Positions 30,289 through 39,841 of a DNA stretch of 64,000 nt are shown in pieces. The stretch lies in contig NZ_JALEIK010000038.1 in NCBI RefSeq assembly GCF_022770205.1, positions 101,816-165,815 of the forward strand. The letters are read 5' to 3'. The first letter of the stretch is position 1. Every line of letters starts with the position of its first letter. Under the pieces are notes generated by a model. That model worked only from the letters and a program-made list of their open reading frames with translations. It had not been told where the DNA came from and made no database searches. Source of the DNA: Helicobacter sp. (GTDB lineage: Bacteria; Campylobacterota; Campylobacteria; Campylobacterales; Helicobacteraceae). A program made the position numbers and the translations under genes.

Positions 30289-31077
30289 ATGATGCGCGCA
30301 TTATACACAGCAACAACAGGAATGTTAGGACAGCAATTACAAATTGATGTCACTTCAAATAATATCTCAAATGTGAATACCTTTGGTTACAGAAAAGAAA
30401 GGGCGGAGTTTGCAGATTTGTTCCATCAAGTGCTACAATATGCAGGTTCTAGCACGAGTGAGACGACACTAAGCCCCACAGGCATTGAAATAGGACTTGG
30501 CGTGCGTCCAACGGCGGTGCAAAAGATTTTCTCACAAGGTAATTTTAAGGAAACAGAACAGAATCTTGATGTGGCAATCACAGGGAATGGGTTTTTTCAA
30601 ATTGAATTGCCTGATGGGACGATTGCTTACACGCGCGATGGTTCCTTTAAGCGCGATGATGAAGGGAATGTAGTCAATTCTCAAGGTTATCTGCTTGTGC
30701 CAAATATCACAATCCCAGATGATGCCACGCAGATTAATATCGGCACAGATGGCACGGTTACCGTGGTGCAGGGGAATGAAACAGAAGTGAATCAAATTGG
30801 GCAAATTGAAACAGCTAATTTTATTAATCCAGCAGGATTACACGCTTTAGGGGATAATCTCTATCTTAACACGAATGCTTCAGGAGATCCAATTGTAGGC
30901 ACTCCGGGGCTAAATGGCTTTGGGCAGCTTAGGCAGGGCTTTGTGGAGACAAGCAATGTGAAGCTTGTTGAAGAGATGACTGATTTGATTGTGGGGCAAA
31001 GGGCGTATGAGGCAAATTCTAAATCCATCCAAACCGCTGATGCGATGCTACAAACCGTCAATCAACTCAAGCGTTAA
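30289..31077 (+). CDS. flgG: Flagellar distal rod protein
   Basis: MMRALYTATTGM, SNNISNVNTFGY, VETSNVKLVEEM, RAYEANSK. Confidence 0.96.
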   Translation: MMRALYTATTGMLGQQLQIDVTSNNISNVNTFGYRKERAEFADLFHQVLQYAGSSTSETTLSPTGIEIGLGVRPTAVQKIFSQGNFKETEQNLDVAITGNGFFQIELPDGTIAYTRDGSFKRDDEGNVVNSQGYLLVPNITIPDDATQINIGTDGTVTVVQGNETEVNQIGQIETANFINPAGLHALGDNLYLNTNASGDPIVGTPGLNGFGQLRQGFVETSNVKLVEEMTDLIVGQRAYEANSKSIQTADAMLQTVNQLKR

Positions 31078-31108
31078 AACTAATTAATGCTTGATGATGG
31101 AAATTGAA

Positions 31109-31132
31109 ACTAGAATCCTAAGAGATTCTAGT
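31109..31132. terminator. Hairpin between convergent flgG and clpB
   Basis: ACTAGAATC-CTAAGA-GATTCTAGT, perfect 9-bp stem overlapping the clpB stop. Confidence 0.6.
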
Positions 31133-33691
31133 GTGTATGCTGTTATTTTCTGCATAGAAGCTAACCTTGCTTCCTTCTTTGATTTTATCTTGTAGAATTA
31201 AATCTGCTAGGCGGTCTTCTATCTCTTCATACAAGGAGCGTTTAAGCGGTCTTGCTCCAAAAATTGGATCAAAGCCAACTTTTGCGATAAACTCTTTTGC
31301 GCTATTTTCTAGTGTAATTTCAATATTGCGCTCTGTTAGTTTCTTTTGGATTCCTTTAAAGAGAATATCTACAATGCGCGCAATTTGTTCTAAGCCTAAA
31401 GGATTAAAAATAATAATATCATCTAAGCGGTTTAAAAACTCTGGTTTAAAATAACTTTTTAAGGCATCTTTTACAGCCTTTTGGCGTGCATTTAAATCGC
31501 TAATTTCCATAATCGCATTGCTTGCAATATTGCTTGTTAAAATAATAATAGTGTTTTTAAAGTCAATGGTTACACCTTTATTGTCGGTTAATCGCCCATC
31601 ATCAAGCACTTGTAAGAGCATATTAAACACATCTGGATGCGCCTTTTCAATCTCATCAAAGAGCACCACGCTATAAGGTTTTCTACGCACTGCTTCTGTG
31701 AGTTGCCCACCCTCTTCATAGCCTACATATCCAGGAGGTGCGCCAACAAGTCTGCTTGCGGCGTGTTTTTCCATATATTCGCTCATATCAATGCGGATAA
31801 GATTCTTCTCACTATCAAATAAGAATCTAGCTAGGGTTTTTGCTGATTCTGTTTTCCCAACGCCTGTGGGACCTAAGAATAAAAAGCTTCCAATGGGGCG
31901 ATTTAGCTCACTTAAGCCTGCTTTATTGCGCTTTATGGCTCTTGCAATGGCGTGTAAGGCGTTATCCTGCCCTACAACATCTTTTTTAAGCTCCCATTCA
32001 ATGCCTAAAATCCTATCTTTTTCCTCTTGAAGCATTTTTTTAATAGGGATTTGTGTCCAACGACTAATCACTGCGGCAATGGATTCTGGTAGCACAGCAT
32101 TTCTTAAAAGCGTGCCATTTTCTTGCATACTCTCCCATTTTTGATTTTGCGATTCTAACTCTTTTTCTAACTCTGGAATCTTTCCATAATCAATTTCAGC
32201 AGCTTTGCTAAACTCTCCGTTGCGTTTTGCTAGCGTGCTTTGTGTGCGTAAAGAGTCAATCTCTACCTTAATGCTAGCAATTTTATTAAACACTTGCTTT
32301 TCTGTTTCAAATTGCGCTTCTAATGTTTTTTTGGTTTCTTCCTTGTTGCTAAGTTCCTTTTCAATCTCTTGAATGCGTGCTTGGTTTTTCTCGCTTTTTT
32401 CCATTAAAAGTGCTTCTTTTTCAACTTGTAAGGCTTCCATTTCTCTTTTAACTTTGGCAAGCTCACTTGGTTCAGATTCTATTTGCATTTTAAGCTCTGC
32501 TGCTGCTTCATCAATTAAATCAATGGCTTTATCAGGCAAAAATCTATCGCTAATGTAGCGGTTTGATAGCTTTGCAGCGGCGACTAATGCGCTATCTGTT
32601 ATGGTTACATTATGGTGGGCTTCTAATTTCTCTTTGATTCCACGCAAGATTTGCAAGGCTTCATTGATATTAGGCTCATTTAGCATTACAGGTTGGAATC
32701 GTCTTTGTAAGGCGGCGTCTTTTTCAAAATATTTGCGGTATTCTTTGAGTGTTGTTGCACCTATGGTATGGAGTTCTCCCCTTGCAAGAGCGGGTTTTAG
32801 GATATTTGCGGCGTCCATTCCGCCTTCACTTGCGCCTGCACCTACGATTGTGTGAATTTCATCAATAAATAAAATAATATTACCACTTTTTTTGACTTCA
32901 TCAATCACTTTTTTCAAGCGGTCTTCAAACTCTCCGCGATATTTCGCCCCTGCAACTAATGCACTCATATCAAGGGCAATCACGCGTTTATTTTGTAAAG
33001 AAAGTGGCACTTCTTTTTTAATAATTCTCTGTGCTAGCCCTTCTACAACAGCGGTTTTTCCAACGCCGGGTTCTCCTAAAAGAATGGGATTATTCTTTGT
33101 CTTTCTGATTAAAATTTGCATCATATGCGTGATTTCTTCATCTCTACCAATGACTGGGTCAAGCTTGCCTTCAATGGCTTTTTTGGTTAAGTCAATGCCA
33201 AATTTTTCTAGCGATTCTAAGTTTTCATCAGCACTTTGTGAGTCAATCCTAGCCCCTGCACGCATTGCTTCAAAAGTCTTTTTAAGTTCATGAATATCTA
33301 AGAATTTAGAAAAAAGATTCCTAATGGTTGGCTCTTGTAAATTTGCTAGGATAAAGGTATCAAGAGCGATATAGGAATCGCCATTTTTTGTGGCTAGTCC
33401 ATCAGCTTGGTTTAGAGCATCGCTTAGATTGCGTGAGATTTTAAGATTTTCCTTCGTTACATTATTGTTTTGTGGAAGTGTGCTAGCAATGCTTTTTGCT
33501 TCAAGTTCAAGGGCGGTTTTGTCAAGGTTTAGGCGGTTTAGGGCTTGGTTTAAAAGTGAGCTAGTGTTTGCTAGCATTGCCCAAAAGAGATGGATGGGTT
33601 CAATTTCTTGGTTTTTATTGTGTAAGGCAAGAGATGTGCCTTGTTCTAAGGTTTCTTGCAATGTGTTGGTGAGTTTTTCTAAAAGATTCAT
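31118..33691 (-). CDS. clpB: ATP-dependent chaperone ClpB
   Basis: GEPGVGKT and GPTGVGKT Walker A motifs, coiled-coil M domain, [14 protein letters not shown] 33691 after AGGAG. Confidence 0.97.
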   Translation of the reverse strand: MNLLEKLTNTLQETLEQGTSLALHNKNQEIEPIHLFWAMLANTSSLLNQALNRLNLDKTALELEAKSIASTLPQNNNVTKENLKISRNLSDALNQADGLATKNGDSYIALDTFILANLQEPTIRNLFSKFLDIHELKKTFEAMRAGARIDSQSADENLESLEKFGIDLTKKAIEGKLDPVIGRDEEITHMMQILIRKTKNNPILLGEPGVGKTAVVEGLAQRIIKKEVPLSLQNKRVIALDMSALVAGAKYRGEFEDRLKKVIDEVKKSGNIILFIDEIHTIVGAGASEGGMDAANILKPALARGELHTIGATTLKEYRKYFEKDAALQRRFQPVMLNEPNINEALQILRGIKEKLEAHHNVTITDSALVAAAKLSNRYISDRFLPDKAIDLIDEAAAELKMQIESEPSELAKVKREMEALQVEKEALLMEKSEKNQARIQEIEKELSNKEETKKTLEAQFETEKQVFNKIASIKVEIDSLRTQSTLAKRNGEFSKAAEIDYGKIPELEKELESQNQKWESMQENGTLLRNAVLPESIAAVISRWTQIPIKKMLQEEKDRILGIEWELKKDVVGQDNALHAIARAIKRNKAGLSELNRPIGSFLFLGPTGVGKTESAKTLARFLFDSEKNLIRIDMSEYMEKHAASRLVGAPPGYVGYEEGGQLTEAVRRKPYSVVLFDEIEKAHPDVFNMLLQVLDDGRLTDNKGVTIDFKNTIIILTSNIASNAIMEISDLNARQKAVKDALKSYFKPEFLNRLDDIIIFNPLGLEQIARIVDILFKGIQKKLTERNIEITLENSAKEFIAKVGFDPIFGARPLKRSLYEEIEDRLADLILQDKIKEGSKVSFYAENNSIHTRIS

Positions 33692-33722
33692 AAACACTCC
33701 TTTTTAAAAATGATTTGTTTGC

Positions 33723-33752
33723 ATTATATAACTTTAGTGTAATATTGTCAAG
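33723..33752 (-). promoter_or_regulatory. clpB sigma70 promoter overlapped by HAIR-like (HspR) operator
   Basis: TTGACA (33751-33746)-17 nt-TATAAT (33728-33723); CTTTAGT-N7-TGTCAAG versus CTTGAGT-N7-ACTCAAG. Confidence 0.7.
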
Positions 33753-33948
33753 TTTTATAATAATAAAATACTAAGATTTTCTAAATGCTATAAACTAAGA
33801 TTTAATGGATGGAATATATTGCTTAAGATGGGTAGTTTTGAAAATGCTTTGTAAAAATTTAGAAATTTATGGAATTTTTAGCTTTATTTAGTGTATGTCT
33901 TTTGGTATAATTTTTAGGATATTAAATTTACAAAGGGTGGAGGTTTGT

Positions 33949-34770
33949 ATGAAAGATAGAATTGTAGTTGCAACGGATTTTTCAAAGAATAGTTTAGTTA
34001 GCATAACAAAGGCAATGGATTTAGCAAAAAAACAAAAATGCTCGCTTGATGTTGTGCATATCGTGGAATATTCCATTTTTCACGATACTAAAAAGGATAA
34101 GAAGGCAGGTAAAGAGGCGTTGGCAAAATTTCTTGCAGAGCATTTTCCAAAGTTAGAAGTGGAGGTTTCGCAATTTTGTTATGTAGGGACAATTTACAAA
34201 GAAATCCATAAACACTCAAGGGATAGAGAGTGCCGTTTGCTAGTCATTGGTGCAACAGGGGAGACACAGCATTTAACAGATGTTCTTTTGGGTTCTGTGG
34301 CAAAGCGCATTGTGCGTAAAGCAGAGATTCCGGTGCTTGTAACAAAAAATGAGTCTTTGTCGGATTATGCAAATATTTTTTCTCCAACAGACTTTTCAGA
34401 AGATTCTTTGAAAACTGCTGAAGCAACACGTAAGCTTTTTCCTAATGCACATTTGATTTTTTATCATATGATTGCTCGTCCTTTTGAGTTGCGTTTGGGG
34501 CATTATGGTGCTGATGATGCGCAGATTTCAAGCTTTAATAAAGAATCGGAAGCTAAGGCAAAAGAAATTTCAAAAAAATTCTTAAAAAACTTTTCTGGAA
34601 AAAATGAAGTGGTGTTAGATAGTGGAATCTTATCTTACACTAGGCTATTAAGTGTTGCAGAATCCAAAAATGCTTCGTTAATCGCACTTCCAACAAGTGG
34701 AAAAATTAGCTTTTTTGCTTTAGATGTGTTACAAAATTCTCATGTAGATGTGTTTATTTGTAAATTTTAA
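33949..34770 (+). CDS. Universal stress protein (tandem USP domains)
   Basis: IVVATDFS, LLVIGATG, LLGSVAKRIVR...PVLV, second TDFS. Confidence 0.9.
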   Translation: MKDRIVVATDFSKNSLVSITKAMDLAKKQKCSLDVVHIVEYSIFHDTKKDKKAGKEALAKFLAEHFPKLEVEVSQFCYVGTIYKEIHKHSRDRECRLLVIGATGETQHLTDVLLGSVAKRIVRKAEIPVLVTKNESLSDYANIFSPTDFSEDSLKTAEATRKLFPNAHLIFYHMIARPFELRLGHYGADDAQISSFNKESEAKAKEISKKFLKNFSGKNEVVLDSGILSYTRLLSVAESKNASLIALPTSGKISFFALDVLQNSHVDVFICKF

Positions 34771-34808
34771 CGCTATAAGAATTGCTCTAAGCGATTCTTT
34801 TTCTTAAA

Positions 34809-36086
34809 GTGCAGCTTGTTCCTTTGTTTTTTAGTTTTAAAGAGCGGGTTGTTTTACTTGTATGTCTAATGCTTCTGTGTTGTTTTACGCTAGGTTTTAA
34901 ATCTTATCAATTCCATACGCTCAAATCACAACAAACACCACAAATCAAAGCGGAAGTTTTATTGCAATACACAAAAACCAAAAATAATAAAACTTATTTT
35001 GTGTTAAAGCTAAAAAGTGATTTTGGAATCTTTTACACCACAACTTATGAGGATTTACGCACGATTAAGCATAGGCAGGTTTTATTGCGCATAGTGCTTA
35101 AAAATGTGGGATTTTTAGAATTTTTAAAAGGGTTTTATGCGCCAAGTTTTAACATTGTTTTATTGCAAGATTCCACTTTTAAAACAGCCTTGCGTCAAAA
35201 TATTTTATCGCAACATAGCACACAAGTTATGGGGGAGTATTATTTAGCGCTTTTTTTAGCAGATAGTTTGCCAAAGCAATGGAGGGATTTAGCGCAGAGT
35301 TATGGCATTGCGCATCTTTTTGCCATTTCTGGATTCCATATTGGAATTTTAAGTGCAGCAGGATTTTTTATTTTAGGGCTTTTGTATAAGCCTTTGCAAG
35401 CAAGGTTTTTTCCTTTTAGGAATTACTTTTTTGATGTGGGTTTTATTGTGGTTGTTTTGCAGTTAGCCTATTATTCCATCCTTACGCAATCGCCTTCGTA
35501 TTTGCGTGCAATGACAATGAGTGCGGTGGCGTTTTTTATGCTGTGGAAGGGGATTAACATTTGGCGCATTGAGATGCTGTTTTGGTGTGTTGCAATTTTG
35601 CTTGCACTTTTTCCGCAGCTGCTTTTTTCTGTTGGTTTTTATTTCTCCTGCCTTGGGGTTTTATACATTGCTCTTTTCTTTAAATATTTTAAGTCTCCAA
35701 AAGGTGCGCTAAAGAAACTATTATACGGAATTGCTTTGAATGCTTCTACCTTTTTTCAAATGAGCATTATTGTGCATTATTTCTTTCCGCCCTTTTCTCC
35801 TTTAGTGCTTCTTTCGCTTCTATTTACGCCATTATTTATGCTGTATTATCCCTTCGTTTTGTTGGCGCATTTACTAGGATTTGGTGGAGTCTTAGATGCA
35901 CCTTTGGTGTGGTGGCTAGAGATTCCAACACGCACAATTGTGTTAAATCCCGGAATTTATGCGTTTTTACTCTGCAATGCTTTAAGCCTTGTGGCAGTTA
36001 AATATAAAAGCGCATTTTTGGCACTTTTAGCATTGAATATTATGTGTTTTTGCTACGGAGTGTATTTGTATTTTTATGCTTTTTAG
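34809..36086 (+). CDS. comEC: ComEC/Rec2 family DNA uptake channel
   Basis: GIAHLFAISGFHI, PSYLRA, GFYFS motifs. Confidence 0.9.
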   Translation: MQLVPLFFSFKERVVLLVCLMLLCCFTLGFKSYQFHTLKSQQTPQIKAEVLLQYTKTKNNKTYFVLKLKSDFGIFYTTTYEDLRTIKHRQVLLRIVLKNVGFLEFLKGFYAPSFNIVLLQDSTFKTALRQNILSQHSTQVMGEYYLALFLADSLPKQWRDLAQSYGIAHLFAISGFHIGILSAAGFFILGLLYKPLQARFFPFRNYFFDVGFIVVVLQLAYYSILTQSPSYLRAMTMSAVAFFMLWKGINIWRIEMLFWCVAILLALFPQLLFSVGFYFSCLGVLYIALFFKYFKSPKGALKKLLYGIALNASTFFQMSIIVHYFFPPFSPLVLLSLLFTPLFMLYYPFVLLAHLLGFGGVLDAPLVWWLEIPTRTIVLNPGIYAFLLCNALSLVAVKYKSAFLALLALNIMCFCYGVYLYFYAF

Positions 36087-36109
36087 GCTAGAATTTACCA
36101 TTTTTAGTT

Positions 36110-36670
36110 TTGAATAAGGGTTGTTGCGTGGATGGTATTATTTCTAAGGTGAGTAAGGGAATCTTTGCGATTCTACCTTTTTTGTTATTGTTTTGGATTT
36201 TTTCTTTTGTGTATGAATTTTGTGCAAAAATCTTTTATTCTGTTTTTGGAATCACAAATGCAAATTTATTTGTTACACTTTTGATTTTTGTTTTGAGTGT
36301 GGTTTTGCTCTATTACATTGGGCATTTAGTGGATAAAAATAAAGAGTTTTTGCTCATTAGAGTCACAGAGATTATCATTGGTAGGATTCCGCTTGTTAAA
36401 AGTATTTATTCTGGGATTAAAGAGGTGCTAAACATTTTCTCTGGCAAAAATAAAGAGGGATATTTAGGTGTGGCATATGTCAATGTCGGAAATATGGAGT
36501 TGCTTGGTTTTATCACTAAAGAAGAGGAGGAAGTATTTTGGGTCTTTGTGCCAACAACGCCAAATCCTACTTCAGGCTTTGTGCTAAGGATTCCAAAAGA
36601 TAAGGTTAGGATGTCAGATTTATCCGTGAGTGAAGGTTTTAAGAGAATCATTTCTTTGGGCGTGAAATAA
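36110..36670 (+). CDS. DUF502 family membrane protein
   Basis: RIPLVKSIY, VFVPTTPNPTSGF. Confidence 0.88.
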   Translation: MNKGCCVDGIISKVSKGIFAILPFLLLFWIFSFVYEFCAKIFYSVFGITNANLFVTLLIFVLSVVLLYYIGHLVDKNKEFLLIRVTEIIIGRIPLVKSIYSGIKEVLNIFSGKNKEGYLGVAYVNVGNMELLGFITKEEEEVFWVFVPTTPNPTSGFVLRIPKDKVRMSDLSVSEGFKRIISLGVK

Positions 36671-36678
36671 GGAAGTTT

Positions 36679-37536
36679 ATGCAATTTTTGCAAAAGGTTA
36701 AAGATTTTAGAGAGCTTGTGATGTTTGAGCATAGTGTTTTTTCTCTGCCTTTTATTTTTATCGCAATGGTAACTGCTGCGCAAGGGTGGTTTGGGTTTAA
36801 ACTGCTGATTTTTGGAGTGATTGCAAGTGTGAGTGCTAGGAATTTCGCAATGGCATTTAATCGCTTTGCAGATAGGAGGTTTGATGCCACAAATCCCCGC
36901 ACACAAAATCGTCCAAGTGTAGATGGTAGAATCTCTAAAAAAGCAATGCTAATATTTATTTTTGTAAATGCGCTGATTTTTGTGGCAATGGGGTATGTGA
37001 TGAATCCTTTGTGTTTTTATCTTTCTTTTCCGATTCTAATTATTTTAGCAGGCTATTCTTTGGTGAAGCGTTTTTCTAGTGCGGCTCATTTAGTGCTTGG
37101 GCTATCTTTAGGGCTTGCACCTATTGCTGGAGTGGCGGCAGTTAGCGGAGAGATTCCGCTTTGGAGTGTGTATTTATGTATTGGGGTGCTATTTTGGGTG
37201 GCAGGATTTGATTTGCTCTATGCTTTACAGGATATACAGCACGATAAGAAAGAAGGGTTATATTCTGTGCCAAGTGTCTTTGGTGTGCAAAAAACACTTT
37301 GGATTTCACGCATTTTTCATTGTTTAACGCTTGCCTTTTGGGGCTTGTTTATAGTGGAAGCACATCTTGGGCTTTGGATGTGGATAGGGTTTTTTGTAGC
37401 GGTGGTGGCATTGTGTTTTGAGCAGTATTTAGTAACTAAAAATTTTGAGCATATTCCGCGCGCATTTTTTACGATAAATGGCTATTTGGGAATTGCATTT
37501 TTAGGATTTTGTATTGTGGATTTTATTAGTCAATAA
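36679..37536 (+). CDS. UbiA-family prenyltransferase (MqnP-like, futalosine menaquinone pathway)
   Basis: FEHSVFSLPF, ARNFAMAFNRFADR..DATNPRT, YS..KRF, DL.YALQD..HD. Confidence 0.88.
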   Translation: MQFLQKVKDFRELVMFEHSVFSLPFIFIAMVTAAQGWFGFKLLIFGVIASVSARNFAMAFNRFADRRFDATNPRTQNRPSVDGRISKKAMLIFIFVNALIFVAMGYVMNPLCFYLSFPILIILAGYSLVKRFSSAAHLVLGLSLGLAPIAGVAAVSGEIPLWSVYLCIGVLFWVAGFDLLYALQDIQHDKKEGLYSVPSVFGVQKTLWISRIFHCLTLAFWGLFIVEAHLGLWMWIGFFVAVVALCFEQYLVTKNFEHIPRAFFTINGYLGIAFLGFCIVDFISQ

Positions 37537-37547
37537 AGGGAGAGTAG

Positions 37548-38090
37548 ATGGAAAATTTTGCAAAAAGTCGTTTGATTGAAACTTTATTAAACATTGAATA
37601 TGCAGTGGCACATAATAATGCAGAAACCTTTGCAGAGGAGTTTAATAAACTCACGCAAAGCGATGAAGATCCTATTGGTGAGTGGTTGCGCTTAACCCGT
37701 GCTAAAAAAGGAAATTTAGAAGCAGATAATGTGGTGATTTTAGAATTGCTTGTGGAGGTTTATAGAAAGATAGAGTCTCTTGAGGCACGCATTAGCGGAG
37801 AGACAAAAAATTATGTCGCATTAGAGAATAAAGGAAGTGTTAGCACAATTGGGCATAGTTGCTTTGCACTTAAGGATTCTAAACTTTTAGAAAACACCCT
37901 TTATTATGGTAGAATAGAACTTCCTACTTTTCCTACGCGCATTGTTCCTGTGTATTTTGTGTATCGTTCAGGGCTTGCGTGGATTGAACGCATTCATGGG
38001 CGCGATGAAGTAGAATGGGATGGTTATGTTGCAAGCAAGGAGCGCGCATTGATCCGCTCCATTAAGAATAAAAAGGTAGAGAATGGGTAA
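37548..38090 (+). CDS. Conserved hypothetical protein
   Basis: SD GGGAG; operonic position after ubiA-like gene. Confidence 0.65.
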   Translation: MENFAKSRLIETLLNIEYAVAHNNAETFAEEFNKLTQSDEDPIGEWLRLTRAKKGNLEADNVVILELLVEVYRKIESLEARISGETKNYVALENKGSVSTIGHSCFALKDSKLLENTLYYGRIELPTFPTRIVPVYFVYRSGLAWIERIHGRDEVEWDGYVASKERALIRSIKNKKVENG

Positions 38091-38643
38091 TGCTGTTGAT
38101 ATAATGCTTTGGGGTGGGATTGGACTTGCAATTGTTTTTATTCTCCTTATTGTATATTTATATCTAAAAGAAGGGGAAGGCAATAAGCGTGCAAGGCGTT
38201 ATGAAAAATCCATTGAAGAGCTAAACAAAGAAGTCTATCGTTTGACTAAACGCATAAAGGAGCAAGAAAGTGAGCTAGAGCGTTTTAAAGTCAATATTAA
38301 AGCACAGATTTATCAAGACACGCGCTTAGAGATGAAAAACTTGCTTGATGCAAATTTAAGTGCGCAAGTTGCGCCATTACGCAATGATATGGAATCACTA
38401 AAAGCAGAGTGGCAAGGCGCAAAGTGTGCTTTAGAGAGTGTAGAGCATTTAGAAAATAAAATGTTTGCACTTGAAGATAGAATTAAAGAATTTGTTTATA
38501 CACCAACAAGCCCTACAAACATTGATGAAGGACGCATTATTGCTATGTTTAAAGAGGGTTGGAGTGTGGATTCTATTGCAAAAGAGTTGCGTATTGGTAA
38601 GGGTGAAGTGGAATTTACTCTTAAGTTTGCGAATTTAAGTTAA
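38083..38643 (+). CDS. Membrane-anchored coiled-coil protein with C-terminal HTH (DUF2802-like)
   Basis: N-terminal TM, coiled coil, SVDSIAKELRIGKGEVE. Confidence 0.7.
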   Translation: MGNAVDIMLWGGIGLAIVFILLIVYLYLKEGEGNKRARRYEKSIEELNKEVYRLTKRIKEQESELERFKVNIKAQIYQDTRLEMKNLLDANLSAQVAPLRNDMESLKAEWQGAKCALESVEHLENKMFALEDRIKEFVYTPTSPTNIDEGRIIAMFKEGWSVDSIAKELRIGKGEVEFTLKFANLS

Positions 38644-38652
38644 GGAGCGGTA

Positions 38653-39576
38653 ATGGAATTTCGCGTCCCTGCAACAAGTGCTAATTTGGGTCCGGGCTTT
38701 GATAGCTTAGGGCTTGCATTGGGATTGTATAATCGCTTTAGTTTAAAACCATCTAAAATCCCTTCCATCCAAATCCGTGGTGAAGGTGCTAAGAATCCAA
38801 AATTGCGTGTGGATAATGTGTTTGTTAGAATCTTTAATGAACAATTAAAGAAACTCATAGGCTCTACGCTCCCATTTAAATTTATTTTTGATAATGCGAT
38901 TCCAATTTCTAGGGGGCTTGGAAGTAGTTCTGCAGTGATTATCGGAGCAATTGCAGCAGCATTTAAAGTTGCACAAATGCCTTTTGATAGACAAAAGATT
39001 GTGAATCTTGCATTGCGTTATGAAGCCCATCCAGATAACATTACGCCTGCGTGTATGGGTGGGTTTAATGTTTGTGTGTTGGCAAACAGAGATAGGGAAG
39101 TGCGCTTTATTAATCAGCCCTTTCCTGAGAGTGTGGCTGCTGTAATTGTGATCCCCAATCAATCTACTTCTACGCATCTTTCGCGCCAGAGTCTTCCTAA
39201 GCGTTATTTTCAAAAAGATGTTATTTTTAATCTCTCACACGCAAGTTTGCTTTCTAGCGCATTTATCACGGGGCGTTTTGATTTATTGCGTGAAGCAAGC
39301 CAAGATAGAATGCATCAATTTTATAGAATGAAACAGATTCCATTACTCTTTGAAGTGCAACGCACTGCTTTGCAAAATGGTGCATTAATGAGCACACTTT
39401 CAGGGAGTGGTTCAAGCTTTTTTAATCTGTGCTATAAAGACGATGTAAAGCATCTTTGTGGCACGCTTAGTCAAAAGTTTTCAAAATTAAGGGTATTAAG
39501 TTTAGGTTTTGATAATGAGGGAGTATGGTTTGAAGACGAAAATCTAAGACATTTTGATGATGAATTTAAGCTCTAG
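38653..39576 (+). CDS. thrB: Homoserine kinase
   Basis: VPATSANLGPGFD, PISRGLGSS, HPDN, LSGSG. Confidence 0.97.
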   Translation: MEFRVPATSANLGPGFDSLGLALGLYNRFSLKPSKIPSIQIRGEGAKNPKLRVDNVFVRIFNEQLKKLIGSTLPFKFIFDNAIPISRGLGSSSAVIIGAIAAAFKVAQMPFDRQKIVNLALRYEAHPDNITPACMGGFNVCVLANRDREVRFINQPFPESVAAVIVIPNQSTSTHLSRQSLPKRYFQKDVIFNLSHASLLSSAFITGRFDLLREASQDRMHQFYRMKQIPLLFEVQRTALQNGALMSTLSGSGSSFFNLCYKDDVKHLCGTLSQKFSKLRVLSLGFDNEGVWFEDENLRHFDDEFKL

Positions 39577-39595
39577 TTTGCTATAATGAGGGTTT

Positions 39596-39841
39596 ATGTC
39601 TAGTTCGGTTAGAATGTGCATTGTATGCAGGGGGAGATTTCCACAAAAATCTTTGTTGCGCTTGCAATATCAAAATTCTAAATTACAGGCATTTAAAGGC
39701 TTTGGTAGAAGTTTTTATGTTTGTCAAAACTGCCAAAATACTCCAAAATTAGACGATTGCATCATAAAAGTTTGTAGATTGGATAAGAAACACAAAGAAA
39801 CCATTAAATCCGCATTAAAGGAGATTTTTTTATATGGATAA
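39596..39841 (+). CDS. DUF448/YlxR family protein
   Basis: RMCIVCR, GRSFYVC; precedes infB. Confidence 0.85.
   Translation: MSSSVRMCIVCRGRFPQKSLLRLQYQNSKLQAFKGFGRSFYVCQNCQNTPKLDDCIIKVCRLDKKHKETIKSALKEIFLYG

Noticed and set aside
34809-36086. ComEC lacking the C-terminal metallo-beta-lactamase domain as a truncation
   Set aside because: The short form is typical of epsilonproteobacteria; the ORF ends cleanly before DUF502
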